Source: Candidatus Fraserbacteria bacterium (GTDB taxonomy: Bacteria > Bipolaricaulota > Bipolaricaulia > RBG-16-55-9 > DRXL01). From it: DNA of 55,005 nucleotides. Numbering within the stretch: the stretch's first letter is position 1; each line of letters opens with the position of its first letter. Under the pieces are notes generated by a model that saw nothing but the letters and a program-made list of their open reading frames with translations, had not been told where the DNA came from and made no database searches. Positions 53,985 to 55,005 of the stretch are shown here, one piece after another. The DNA lies in assembly GCA_947085185.1 (NCBI GenBank), contig CAMTVK010000014.1:1-55005 (forward strand), in the 5' to 3' direction. The translations under genes and the position numbers were made by a program.

Positions 53985-55004
53985 TTATTTTCTGAACCCC
54001 GGCGGCCAGGGGTAGTCGGGCGGGCAGAGATCTTGACCGTTGGTAGAAAATTCATTCCCTCCCCCAAAGATCTGAATTGGAGCACTCTTGGGTAAGGGTA
54101 GCTCTGGATAGATGGGACAAGCAGGATCTGCAATAGCTACCCCATACCGTTCGTTCTCAACAAAACGGTTATTCGCTATCGTGATCCAGTCTTCTTTTAC
54201 CCTGCCGCCCAGGTACATACCCACACCGTTCTGCCTGAATTCGTTATCAGTTATAGAGCCCATGAACCGTGGCCTAGCAAAAGGATTGCTGGCTCCTCCC
54301 AGCGCGATGCCAACAAACCGATTCTTACTTACTGAGCTTTGAGAGAGGGAGAGTTGATCTGATGATATACCAATCAGGTTCTCCTCGATCTTGGAGCGGA
54401 TAACTAATAGTTGTGGTGACTCAAGCCCTGCCCCATTCTCAAGCCCTGTCCCATTGCGTACTAGATTGACCTCCTCCAAGATTATTTGAGGGGAGAGCCT
54501 GGCCCATAAGCCAACAACTCCAAAGAGCAGTCCGCCCACCGTCACCCGTCGCAAGAGTGTTTGAACAAGTCCAAATATTTGCAGGCCTACACCCGATAGC
54601 TTAGGGCTTGTTGGAGTGAGTGGCACAATGACCTGCTCAATTGGGAAGGTTGGATCGCCGATGGTGAGATCCTGAATATGGATCTGTACAGTGGCTTCGG
54701 ATACAACGTGAATGATGGGACGATCAGGGTCTTTATATTGGATTTGCACACGCTCTTGCCCAGCCCCTATGAGGCGCAAGCTCTTTCTGACCTGCAGATT
54801 TTCTTTGTACATACCTGGCCCAATAAGCACCATGCCCCCATCAGCCACTGCGTCAATGGCTGCTTGGATAGTAGAAAACTCCTCAGGCACGCGCACAACA
54901 AACCGCTCTTGCTGGCCTCTAGCCCCAGGGTGCTGCGGCACGAGCCCCTCCCCCAGCACCAGCAGCCCTACTACACCCAACGATAAGAGTGCATACTTGA
55001 CCAT
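53985..55004 (-). CDS. Secreted pectin-lyase-like right-handed beta-helix protein
   Basis: Signal peptide; VP..F.TIQAAID..G.Y.E cap motif; Asn-ladder repeats; start at the window edge. Confidence 0.8.
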   Translation of the reverse strand: MVKYALLSLGVVGLLVLGEGLVPQHPGARGQQERFVVRVPEEFSTIQAAIDAVADGGMVLIGPGMYKENLQVRKSLRLIGAGQERVQIQYKDPDRPIIHVVSEATVQIHIQDLTIGDPTFPIEQVIVPLTPTSPKLSGVGLQIFGLVQTLLRRVTVGGLLFGVVGLWARLSPQIILEEVNLVRNGTGLENGAGLESPQLLVIRSKIEENLIGISSDQLSLSQSSVSKNRFVGIALGGASNPFARPRFMGSITDNEFRQNGVGMYLGGRVKEDWITIANNRFVENERYGVAIADPACPIYPELPLPKSAPIQIFGGGNEFSTNGQDLCPPDYPWPPGFRK

Positions 55005-55005
55005 A

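Overview
Bacterial chromosome segment of roughly 60% GC with dense operons. Its mix of archaeal-type genes and probable leaderless starts suggests a deep-branching lineage such as Bipolaricaulota/Acetothermia; this is an impression, not a computed assignment. (1) 0.3-10.2 kb, minus strand: a cell-surface locus. A probable S-layer-like Ig-repeat protein behind tandem consensus promoters, a PorV-like outer-membrane barrel and a 1345-aa beta-helix protein with a dockerin-like module lie in series, followed by an RTX-repeat protein. Both large proteins end in a T9SS type-A-like sorting domain (KLVVLR). This is the best candidate for an undescribed system: CTD/PorV-dependent export apparently outside Bacteroidota, possibly building a dockerin/cohesin-like surface scaffold. 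(2) 10.3-20.3 kb: housekeeping operon (argS, ftsY, nnr, tatD, nfo, tal, transketolase C-half) interrupted by two TA pairs. (3) 20.3-28.8 kb: menA, pntAB and two acyl-CoA dehydrogenases. (4) 28.8-32.3 kb: cupredoxin/CHRD exported proteins next to an unusual membrane one-component OmpR-type regulator. (5) 32.3-38.9 kb: all four tRNA-Ser genes, tRNA-Arg(CCG), tRNA-Arg(GCG), SRP RNA, tRNA-flanking palindromic repeats and two more TA pairs. (6) 38.9-55 kb: aminotransferase, tlyA, exonuclease, coaE, two 2-oxoacid oxidoreductases each fused to a GltD/NfnB-like flavoprotein, sodA, redoxins, nadM and an HD protein. No CRISPR array, rRNA, integrase or transposase was seen.
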